Origin: Eledone cirrhosa
Lineage: Eukaryota
Direction of reading: 5' to 3'
Assembly (NCBI GenBank): GCA_964016885.1
Contig: OZ024740.1
Location: 294,500,001-294,564,000, forward strand
DNA length: 64,000 nt
The notes beneath the pieces were generated by a model. The model was not told the origin of the DNA. It was given only the letters and a program-made list of their open reading frames with translations, and did not search any database. This document shows positions 45,061 to 57,148 of the stretch, in pieces (position 1 is the stretch's first letter; every line of letters begins with the position of its first letter). A program made the translations under genes and the position numbers.

Positions 45061-45824
45061 ATAATGGTGTATTAATATAATGCTTTTTAGATGTTAGAAA
45101 AGGTTATCATTTTGGATGCTGGTTCTTCATTGGAAGAAAAAAGTAGACATATGAAAGAAAAAAAATAAATCAAGGGAAAAAAAGGAAGAAGAAAGAAAAT
45201 AGATGTAGTTGCTAATCAACCATCTTTAGAAGAAAAATGATATTAATTCATAGAATCACTAACATCAGCTTCTCCATCACCTTATGCTGCCAGCCATCAC
45301 TCCCTTTCTCCAAAACCACTTCTCAAAGACATCCATCACTCTCTCCCACCATCCACTACTTGCAATCTACCAGCAAACATATAGCTACCATTACTCCCCC
45401 CAGTATTACCTCTTTCATCATACTCTCACCCCCTTTTCTTCATTACTATCGCTCCTCTATTGGTCCCTCTCTTGTCACACATCCTCACCACTCACTACAA
45501 TTTATTATCTCTCCCACCCTTTCCTTAATCCCTCTAGTAATTCTATGCTCTCTTAGCTATTCACCCTCTCATCATCTGCCTTGACCCCTTTAGTCCTGCA
45601 AGTACACTCAGTAAAGTGGAATTGATTGAGCCAAGATAAAATGTACCTAGCACATTATGTAAAGAGGTTGGCAATTGGAAAGGTATCCAACTGTAGTAAC
45701 CATGCCAAAAATGGAATTAATGAGCAAGATGTGGCTCTCTGACCCATCTAATCCATGCCAGCATGGAAAAACAGGCATAAAATAATGATAGTCATGACTG
45801 CATAGTGTTTTCAGTAAACACAGC

Positions 45825-46110
45825 AAATTTGATATCGTGATGTGAACAAGTACCTACAGGAAAAAAGGTTTAACCCCCCCAAGGACATTCATGCTGACGT
45901 GGTTGCTACATTAGGGGATGATGTTCTAGCTTTATCAACACTGGAAAAATGGGCAGCTGAATTTAGGAAGGAAAAGGAAAGTCTTGAAGATGACCAAGGT
46001 CTGGATGCCCTGCAATTGACACCATCCAGGAAAACATTGTTCACCAAATGGTGATGGATTACAGGCGATTGACTATAAATCAAAAGAAAATTGACGAAAA
46101 GGGTCTTGTA
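45825..46110 (+). pseudogene. mariner transposase N-terminal HTH fossil
   Basis: KDIHADVVATLGDDVLALSTLEKWAAEFRKEKESLEDD resembles the mariner HTH followed by the 'SLEDD(PRSGRP)' region. Confidence 0.8.
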
Positions 46111-46331
46111 GTCAGTGTTGCAGCATATATATAAACTTTACTGGCATATTACAATGTTTCAACATCAATCAGCTCAGGATACAATCATAATAACTGGGGT
46201 CTGACTCTTCCTCAACATCTCATCAGATATGTGAGTTGATATGTGTAAAGACATGAGATGTGCTTGGAACAGTGAACTGTAACTGTAGTTACACAATTAC
46301 CTAACATATATAAATATATATATATATATAC

Positions 46332-46700
46332 TAAATGCAAGCAATGGGTACACAAGAGATGTAGTGGAATCTCAGGCAGGCTAACAAAGAATGTAGGTTT
46401 TACTTGTGGCCTGTGCACAGAGTCAGTAAGTAGCAAGTACCCTCAGGATACAACCACCCTCAAATGCTCAGAGAGCTCGGTTGAAGTGGTAGATAGTTTC
46501 CGTTACCTGGGTGACGAAATCAGTAGTGGGGGAGGGTGGTCTGAAAGCGCAGTAACCAGAGTGAGATCGGGCTGGAGAAAATTCAGCTACTACAGTTACT
46601 AACTACAAAAGGTTTTTCCCTCAAAATGAAAGGCAGACTGTATGATGCATGTATACAAACAACAATGTTGCACAGCAGCAAGACTTGGGCACTGTGTGAG
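46332..46700 (+). pseudogene. Older RTE LINE fragment (finger to C-terminal region)
   Basis: WVHKRCSGI...FTCG, DSFRYLGD and MKGRLYDAC homology to the main copy. Confidence 0.85.
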
Positions 46701-46929
46701 ATAAACATGGTCTTCTGACCGGTGTTTTCACTAAGGGTCAATCCATCCTACTCATGAATGATGGACACTAATCAACGAGGCTGATGATATATATATCTAT
46801 ATATATATTTATGCGTGTATATATATGAAATGTGTACGTATATGTATGATATGCGTATGTATATGACATATATATGGTATATTTATATGCACACATATAT
46901 ATATATATGTGTATATCATTATCATGATA

Positions 46930-46969
<40 letters not shown>

Positions 46970-47693
46970 GCTGGTGCCACACCATACTATAAAGTGAACG
47001 TGTAGGTGTCATGACAAAAAGCACCCAGCACACACTGTAAAGTGGGCATGTAAAAAGCACCCAGCACACACTGTCAATAGGGTTGGTGTTAGGAAGGGCA
47101 TCCAGTCATAGAAAACCAGCCAGATACACTCCTATATGAGGGAGACACGGGCACCTGACCCAACTTGCCTCTAAATGGAACAAACCCATCTAACCCATGC
47201 TAGCATGGAAGATAGACGTTAATTGATGATGATGATGATGATGATGATGATAATATATATATATATATATATATATCATCATCATCATAATCATTGTTTT
47301 TTGTCAACATTTCCATGCTAGCATGAGTTATACAGGACTTTTTGAGGCAATGTTTTACAATCAGATGCCCATCCTGATGCCAACTCTTTTAGTTGTTTCT
47401 TACGGCACACAGGGATATGGTGTACTTATTCTAAACTGGATACACACTTTAAATCATCATCATTATCATCATCACCGTTTAACATCCATTTTTCCATGCT
47501 AGCATGGGTGAGGTGAGTTATTCTGCTGTGAGACAAGCCAGATCAGATGACCGCGTCTTGCTCATCAGAACTGCTTCTGGTTTGGTGTCTACAGCTGGAT
47601 GCCCTTCCTAACACCAACCACATTTTTTTCAATGTGGACTCGGTGCTTTTTGTTATGACCACTTGACAGTGTTGACTGTAGATGATGATGATG

Positions 47694-47742
<49 letters not shown>

Positions 47743-48644
47743 CATATACACACAACAACATAAGTATTTTGTTGTGTTTTAATTGTATAATATATAAATA
47801 TCATCATCATCATCACCATTTTACGTCCATTCTTCCACGCTAGCATGGGTTAGACACATGTTTAACATATATACATGTGTGCGTGTGTGTGTGTGTTCAT
47901 TTTTAGGTCTGTTTTTCTAGGTTGTCACAGTTCATGTAAAATCCTATCTCACTCACACATCCCATTTTTGGCATGTTTGCTATGGATGAATGCTCTTTCT
48001 ATATCCAACCACTTTAAAAAGTGTACTAGATGTATTTTACCATGACACAGGCACAAGAATGATTGTATCACATTATTCCATTCTAAAAGTTATAAATGTG
48101 TGTTAAATGCAATTTGACACCAGATATTATATAATGCTCAAATGATTTCACACACAAAACTGTGGCTAACTTAAATTTTATTTATACAATAGAAAAGTCA
48201 TCTAAGTGTGAGATATAATACACATTTGAAACTATTATTACTTATTAATTTACAGAAAAATAACTCATATGTTCATTGGAATTGTCTGGTGAAAGTATTT
48301 CACATTTTAACACAAAGTATTATATATAATAATGTTATAGTAAGTCTTAGCTATTGGAATTATCATATATAATAATATATTTGTTTCTACTTTTGGCCAG
48401 CAATTACCCAGTGCATTACTGGTGCTTAATTTCATCGATCCCGTAAGGATGAAATGTCAAACAAGCAGTTTGACATTCCAAGCACATCTCATGTCTTTAC
48501 ACATATAAACTCACATATCTGATGAGATGTTGAGGAAGAGTGGGGCCCCAGTCATTATGATTGTACACTGAGCTGATTGATATTGAAACATTATAACATG
48601 CCAATAAAGTTTATATATATGCTGCAGCAATGACTTCGATCCTA

Positions 48645-48689
<45 letters not shown>

Positions 48690-48769
48690 GTCTGTTCACA
48701 CATGTGCTAACCTGTTGGACATCAAGCATGCATGTAAAGAAAAGCCAAAGCATTAAATTCTAATTATAC

Positions 48770-48805
<36 letters not shown>

Positions 48806-49065
48806 CATACACACACACATATATATATATACACATACACATATATATATATATACACATACACATATATATATATATACACATACACATATATATATAT
48901 ATACACACATACATATATATATACACATACACATATATATATATACACACACACATAGATATATATGGGTTCAAATGTTAATAATACAGACTTAACTTAA
49001 AAAATTATTGAGTGAGTGAGGAAACGACTGAAGCTGTGTCCATTCTATTCCATAAACTTTGTCCC

Positions 49066-49104
<39 letters not shown>

Positions 49105-49609
49105 TGTGTATGCCTGTGTGTGTGTATGTGCATGTGTCTGTATGCTTGTGTGTGCATACTTGTGTGTGCATGTGTGTGCGAATGCCTGTGCGTGCATGTG
49201 TGTATGCCTGTGTGCTTGTCTCCATGTAACACTGTTTAGTGGTCACATTTGTTTATGACCAGCAAAAGATAATACTTTCATCAGATGGAGGTCATTGATA
49301 TATACCACACTTCAAAATAAATTATAGGTTGTCATCAGGAAAAAACAGGTATAACCACCCCACCAACCACTCCCTGGTGATATATATATATGTGTGTGTC
49401 TGTGTGTGTCCACTGCCACCACCACCACTATATGTAGAATAATTGTTTCTACTTTTGGCACAAGGTCAGCAATTATCCCAGTTCTTATTCATCGTTACTG
49501 CTAGTTATTTCAATGACCACATCTTGCTCACACAGCATCAATTTCTACAGCTCAATATCCTTCCTAACATGAACCATTTTACAGAGAGTACTGGACATGT
49601 GACACACAT

Positions 49610-49838
49610 GGATGATAATCAATGAGTGAAGAAATAACAGGAAATGTCAATGGAAAGAAGCCACAGTAGAGGTAGACCAAGAAAGACCTGGGCGAGGTTG
49701 TGAGAGTTGACCTCAAATTCGCTGAGACACACAGAGGAGATAACAAAGAAATGTAGCGAGTTGGGAGATGCTGTGCTGAGAAGGACCCACCCAACCCATG
49801 CAAGCATGGAAAAATGGACATAAAAACGATGATGATGC
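49610..49838 (+). mobile_element. RTE 3' end fragment with (GAT)n tail
   Basis: agaggtagaccaagaaagacctgg (RGRPRKTW) followed by cccatgcaagcatggaaaaatggac. Confidence 0.8.
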
Positions 49839-50684
49839 AATACTGGACACATTTTATCATGGCACCAACACTACAGAAGTTGTCTTGGCACCAACAAAAC
49901 TACAGTCATCTTTATTGTATGTTGTCTTTATAATTAAACATATTTCAAAATTATTATAGTAGCCATGCTGTGTAAGTTGTTGAAGCATACCTTAAGATTG
50001 TGTCTCAAACTATAAGTCCCAGCTGCAAAAGCAGTGGAAACAAACTACATCTCATCAAGGTTAATTCTGCCCTTAATGAGTTTTGCTGTTACTCTTCTGT
50101 AACCTGATACAATAAATTTGATGCCTCTGTAATTGTTTCACTCATGCAACCTGTGGGACAAACACCTGTTGAAGGTTATGCCTCAGTCCCATTGCTGTAA
50201 ATGTACAGTTAATTACATACGCTGTTCCCTGGGTGATTGTTGCATTATCTATTGCATATTTTCCTCCCCTTTATATCTGTGTTTACTACATCAACCCACT
50301 AAACCTTACCTACAGCAAATTACCAGATATAAAGAAACATTCATTGTACTAACACTGTTTTGAGAAGCCAATAGAGTGTCATTGAAAATTCAAAGCAAAC
50401 ATCTACTATAAATATTATATATATATACATATATATATACATAGACACACACACACACACGTGTGTGTATATATATATATATATCATCATTCATCATCAT
50501 CATTTCATTTTACGTCCGCTTTTTCCCTGCTTGCAAGGGTGGGACGAGAACTGATTCTGGCTTGATTTCTACAGCTGGATGCCCTTCCTAACACCAACCT
50601 CATTTACAGTGAGTGCTGCGTGCTTTTTTGCTGTGGCACCTACACGTCCTCTTTGCAGTGGAATGATAGGGACCCCAGTCCCTA

Positions 50685-50828
50685 TCATCTCATTTCTACA
50701 GCTGAGTAAACTGGAGCAATGTGAAATAAAGTGCCTTGCTCAAGGAAACAACACATCACCTGGTCTGAGAATTGAACTCACAACCTTTCGATTGCAAGGC
50801 CAATGCTCTAACCACTAAGCCATGTGCC
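50685..50828 (-). mobile_element. tRNA-derived SINE family C
   Basis: Minus strand has tggcttagtgg (A box), gagttcaattct (B box) and tccttgagcaaggcacttta. Confidence 0.8.
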
Positions 50829-51559
50829 TCCATATATATATATATACTTACGGTAAACATTGAAATATGTATCACAACCTTATCAATAAAGGAGTTTAAC
50901 ATCTGCAACTACTTCGCATTTTCTTATTTTATATATATATATATATATCCAAAATTAAAATTAAGGGTTGTCATGTCTGAGAGACATGCGCCATATCCAC
51001 TGTAGAATAAGCTCAAAGATTCCAATGAATAGATCCGAGCATTACATATCAACTAGAAATAGATTAACATATATATATATATATATATAAAATAAACCTA
51101 TGAAACAATCACAGGGAATAATTTGTAAAGAATGTAAGCACACATAGCTAGGTAGGTAACTAATTAAAGTTTAACTAGAACTTCAAATATATTTGTATAT
51201 ATTTCTTTAAGTAAGAAATATATGTGATTGTTTCATATGTTTATTTTATATATATATATGTCAATCTATTTCTAGTTGATATATATACACACACATATAT
51301 ATTACCATCATCACTGTTTAACGTCCATTTTTCCACGCTAGCATGGGTTAGATGAGTTGTCCTGTGTTGTGAGACAAGTCAGATCAGGTGACTGTGTTTT
51401 GCTCATACAGAACTGTATCTGGCTCAGTTTCTATGGCTGGATGCCCTACCTAATACCAACCACATTTACAGTGTGGACTGTGTTTTTTATCATGGCACCA
51501 AAACAACTGATAGATTGGACTGGGTACACCAGGTGCTATATATATATATATATATATAG

Positions 51560-51619
<60 letters not shown>

Positions 51620-53518
51620 ATAGCAGCAACAGGGATGGATGATGGTGAATGTAGAAGTCAGGAGGAGAGAAAACAATGGTTATTAATAAAGGGTGACAGA
51701 GAGAGAGATTTATGTAAGCAGTTGGAGATGATGGTCAGGCGTATTGAATATGAATAAATGAAATGCCTTCCATCATTATATAGTTGCATGATACATTCAA
51801 TAAAATATAACAATAATAAAGGGCAGGCGTAGCTTCATGGTCAAAAAGTTTGCTTGGCAACCACAAAATTTTGGGTTCAACCCCACTGCATGGAACCTTA
51901 GGCAAGTATCTTCTATTATAGCCTTGGATCAACGCATGTCTTGCAAGTGACAAATTTACTCAGTAGATGGAAATGATGAAGAAGCTTATCATGTGTGTGT
52001 GTGTGAGTGTCATTATCATCATCATCATCGTTTAACGTCCAATTTCCAAGTTAGCATGAGTGGGATCGGTTGTCCCATTAGAGGCAATTCAGGTCATATA
52101 TATATATGTGCTAAAGGCAAACAAAAATAACAAAGCAAATAACATAGTACAATGAAGAAATATATTATTAGTTTTACACTTGGTATAGAAGGGAAAAAAG
52201 TCTTAACGTTTTGGACGCTAATCCTTCATCAGAAAATAGAATGAGAAATTAAAGAAAAAATAGAAAGACTGAGGGGACTGGGCAGTTGCAGAAACAAAAT
52301 AAAATTTTTTAGAGAAAAAACATTTTTTTTTCTTTTCTAATTTAAGTACAATCCAGCAATTTATGGGGAGGGAAAGTCACTTATATTGATCGCAGTACAT
52401 CACTGGTACTTTATTCTATCAACTTCAAAAGGACTAAAGGCAAACTTAACCTCAACAATATTTGAACTCAGAACGTAAAGAGTCATAACAAATACCACAA
52501 AGCATTTGTCCGACGCTCTAACGGTTCTGCCAATCCACTGCTTCTAGTTCGACCAAATAATTGATGCCACATTATTTCAAAGCTAACTTACTTTGGAAAA
52601 AATGTTGTCCATTGCTCGTCTGTTGGTTATTTCAAAGATATCCACCACCATCAGTATATACATTTGTATTAAAAGAACGAAAGTATTCAATAGTAATAAA
52701 AACGGAAGCATTTAATAATTGTTTCTAATTTCGGCTTGAGGTTAGCAAGTTCAAGGTAAGGAAGGGGAAAGTCGATTAAATCGACCCCAGTGCGTTACTG
52801 GTGCTTTATTTTATTGAGCCTGTAAGGATGAACAGCAAAGCTAACCTCAGCGGGATTTGAAACCAGAATGTAAAGGGTCGTAACTATATGCCTCAATGCA
52901 TGTTGTCTAACACTCTATTGATACTGTCATCTATAAAACTATTTACATTCTCAATTATGTCTTCAAAATCGTCTGAAAGTGCACTCGGTGATAAGATATA
53001 AAAACGGTTTATTTTAATCTAAAAACTTTCATCATAATTTTATGTAAGAAATTTTAAGATATGTTCCAAACATCATTTTAATAATGAGAACGTTAGTTAT
53101 ATTAATTCTTGATTATTTACAAAATTATTTGAAATACACAGGCAGTGACTAGAAACATGGTAACGAAAGTGTTAAAGCTGTATATATGGGATACAAGTTG
53201 ATGGGACACATGTTCACCAGTAGTGCCAGCCATTCCGTGAACCAGTAAAAAAAGGTTACAAAGAGTATCTATGCATTTATATATCATCTATCAATTTCGG
53301 TGGTTTGGGTGGTGACCTATACTGTCACATTTACAAATTATTTGTCTTAGGCTTTCTGCTCTAAGATCCAAGTGTAATGTTTTACTATTAAATGCATACA
53401 TGTCATCTTCACCATATGGCCGGTACACACATATACATTATATATATATATATATATATTTCCCTTGCTATCAGGGAAAACGGACGTTAAATGATGAATA
53501 TATATATATATATATATA

Positions 53519-53833
53519 CCCTAACCTCCGGCATTCGCGGTCCCGGTTATTCTTGGAATTTTCCTTTGAACCTAACTTGTTCGTGCAAACCACCGCATAT
53601 TCGCGGAATCGTAAATATCTTCCGCAATTAGTTTGGGGGGGCTTTTTTTGTGGCAATATATATATTTTTTAACGCTAAATTATTAATAACAATATACCTC
53701 ATTTGCCTACCTATTTTTATTATAATTTACGTTATATTTTGACGTTTATAGGCATTTTTATGGACCACGTCCGGTATTCGCGGTTTTTCACTTTTCGTAG
53801 AACGTAACTCCCGCCAATAACGGAGGAAACTGT
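53519..53833. mobile_element. Tigger/pogo-like MITE, CpG-rich
   Basis: Imperfect TIRs cctccggcattcgcgg / ccgccaataacggagg; repeated tattcgcgg motifs. Confidence 0.55.
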
Positions 53834-54196
53834 GTGTGGATATATATATATATATATACTTCCTTTTTTAATTTGTTTTGCAAGATTTCTTATCTGAAAA
53901 CATGTGTTGAAATAGATATTGTTATACTTTGGGAGGGTCATAATGCTAATAAAAACACACACAACTACAAGATGGTGTAGGACAGAACAAAGGAAAGAGA
54001 CACAAAATAAAAACCTAGTCACTGAGGAGCTCACAGAATGCTTGACGAAAGAGCTTTGACAATATATAAACAACCATTCGGTTATCGAACTAACCAACCA
54101 ACCGGAAATTTATAATAAATTGAAGTGAAAACCAACAGGTGCGTGTGTTTTTATTGGCAGTATGGCCCTCGCAAAGTATTATATATATATATATAT

Positions 54197-54302
54197 ATAG
54201 GAAAAAGTTTAACCCCGACGGCAGAGCTCAAGCCGTTTCGACGGCTATTTATAGCCGTCGAAACGGCTTGAGCTCTGCCGTCGGGGTTAAACTTTTTCCT
54301 AT
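54197..54302. repeat. Perfect palindrome, 52-bp arms with 2-nt centre
   Basis: Arms checked base by base. Confidence 0.97.
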
Positions 54303-54378
54303 TACCCACTCTACTACCCTAAGTATTGAGTACTCTGGTGCGTCATGGTCAATCTGGTTCCTTACACACCTCCTTCGT

Positions 54379-54412
<34 letters not shown>

Positions 54413-54568
54413 AATAATGAATCAAAACGTCTTTTTCATTTGGTTTATACACACGCACGTGTGTGTGTGTATATATATATATTTATATATATATATAAAT
54501 ATATATATATATTTCGTTTCTGAATTTGTTTAGCAAGATTCTTTATCTGAAATCGTGTGTTGAAACCG

Positions 54569-54662
54569 ATATTGTTATACTTTGGGAGGGTCATGTTGCC
54601 AATAAAAAACTGGTGCGTGTGTTTCTTATTCGCAACATGACCCTCCCAAAGTATAACAATAT
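54569..54662. repeat. Hairpin with a 30-bp perfect stem; older relative at ~53916-54181
   Basis: atattgttatactttgggagggtcatgttg / caacatgaccctcccaaagtataacaatat. Confidence 0.9.
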
Positions 54663-55593
54663 ATATATATACATACACACACATATATATATAACACACG
54701 TACACACACATATATATATATATATATAAAATGGAAGTCATCAACAACGAATCAAAGAAGAGAGTGTTACAACTGACAAAAGTTGCTATCTAACCCTAAT
54801 GCACGTGTCAGCATTGTTAGACTAAGCACTGAAAGTGACTATTGGGTTTCAAAGTTGTTTGTTCCATCCAATATCACTTATACTTTTCACACTCGCGGCA
54901 ATGCTACTATTCTGTTGGCTTGCCTCAAAATTTATTAGAGGTAAACTTCAGTGCCCCTTGTTGTGTTTTGTGATAGGTGTGTGTGTCTTCTCACTTTTTT
55001 TTCTTTTATAAATAAGTGCGTGTGTGTTTATGAATGCATTCTATTGAAATATATATATCATGCGTTAAACACCACTGCTGTGTGTTGAATATGTTGAATG
55101 AGGCAAAACACTGTGCCTTATTTCGTCAGTGGATCTGTAACTATATATTCTTTATTCTTTCAGCCATCACAGCTAAACCCATTCTAGAGTTATTATCTTC
55201 TAAAGTGTTTATACATTTCTCATATTCTTTACAGTTTTGCGACGAACATGGAAAATACTTTTCTTTTATAAAGTACTTCGTCCTCCGTCACTGTTAAACT
55301 AGTTTCTTGGAATAGGCGCTGATAAATCCTATTGTCGATAAATAATATAGCACAGCAGTAATTTGTTGCTTTACTCTCACTAGTGTAAGTTTAACATAAG
55401 ATGGCATTTCAATCTGTCTGTCTATCTCTCTCTCTCTATATATAAATATATCCGTTTTGGCGAAACTGAGTACTCGATACTATAGAGATTAAGACTTATT
55501 TAAGTCCAGTCACTGCCCAGTTACTCTGGATGTTTCGCCTGAATGTTTACAAGGTCTCAGGCAAGCATATAAATATGGTAACGAAAAGGTTAA

Positions 55594-55821
55594 CCCTTTC
55601 GTTACGATATTTCCAATGAAAGACAAATATATAAAAATAATCAAGAATTTCGAGGAATTTAGTGATATAACTAACTTTTGACATTATTTATCTGGTGTTG
55701 GAAACATAACAAAGGTTCTTGGATAAATTATGATGGTTTTTTAGATAAATATAAACACTTTAAAACAATGTTTCGTATGATAGAACCAGGGACGGTTTCA
55801 TTGGGTTTGGTATCAGTAGGG
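55594..55821. mobile_element. TTAA MITE family 2
   Basis: ttaa|ccctttcgttacgatatttc ... tttggtatcagtaggg. Confidence 0.75.
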
Positions 55822-55984
55822 TACATAAAAATAAAACTATATATATACAAATGTAATATAATATATATACAAAATAGATGCATAAACGAACGTTTTTTAT
55901 GTAATGTTTTACAGCTGAATGCCCTTCCTGGTGCCAATACTGTACAAACTAAAAACCGGGACATACAGACACATACATGTGTGG

Positions 55985-56025
<41 letters not shown>

Positions 56026-57148
56026 TATACACTTGCATACCTACATAATAAATAAATATAAATATTTAATATAAAAAAGAATAAAATTGAACACAGTCGT
56101 CTATTCAACATAACACGACTGTGTTCAAGTTTACTACATATTTTTGTTAATATTTATATTTCTTTTATAGAACAAACGAAAAGCTATTATACACACATAT
56201 GTCTGTGTGTGTAGACATTATATATGTATTTATATAATTGTCTTGTACAGAGACATTGGAGGTTGAGATTCCGGGGATGGATTCTGTCTGAGATTATGTT
56301 TCTCTCCGTATTTCTAATGCTAACATAGTTGTTTTATTACAAAACAAATATAACAAAGAAGAAATAAGATAAAAACTCTGACATTCATCCACTTCCCAAG
56401 AAGAGATGGTTCCAACCGTAATTCAAAAGTAGATTTACCAAGTTTAGCTCAACTTCTGTACACCTAATTCCACATGAATTTATTAACTGATGAATTTATT
56501 TATATTTTCAATAGAAATATCACATCACGAGATGATTTTTAGAAGAAACAGGAATAATTTGGAGTTAATGTTTTTTTCCGTGGACATTAGTTAGTTATAG
56601 ACCGACAAATGATTTATCAAACATTTGTATTGTAAGGGAAAATAATATTAATCAACGGCTAATATTGTTTTTCTTTCTTCTCACCATATATTTTATTCTG
56701 CTAGAGTTGTTTAATGTTCCGTGTATAAACATGCTGACATCCATTTAGTAATGTTTATTATGAAGATGGGATGTATCTTCTGAAGTTATAGTATATTATA
56801 TTTTACAAATAGATTGTCAGAAGAATCTGACCTGGTAGATGATAGAACCTGAAGAAAATGGAATTCAAAGCACATTGTTTGTAATTAAAAGATCACCATG
56901 GGACATGCAACATAAATACAAAACTTCAGATTTATAATGGGAGAAGAAACGAAAAAAAATGAGATTTCATGACGTTCATGCCTTTCTCAAAAGATATGAG
57001 AGTCGTAAGTGATGTGGAACGAGTAAAGAAATGTAATTGACAGTTTACATCCACTGTACAGCGTTCACCACTTTTAAACATATAATAATACAAATAATAT
57101 AATAATACAAAAATCAATAAGAAATTATTTTAAAAAAAGGTACATTAC

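Noticed and set aside
50760-50828. tRNA gene
   Set aside because: The tRNA-like head continues into a SINE body that recurs in the window; no convincing cloverleaf
56842-56860. Micro-exon candidate in the kinase intron
   Set aside because: About 17 nt, not frame-preserving, and does not encode the expected kinase continuation
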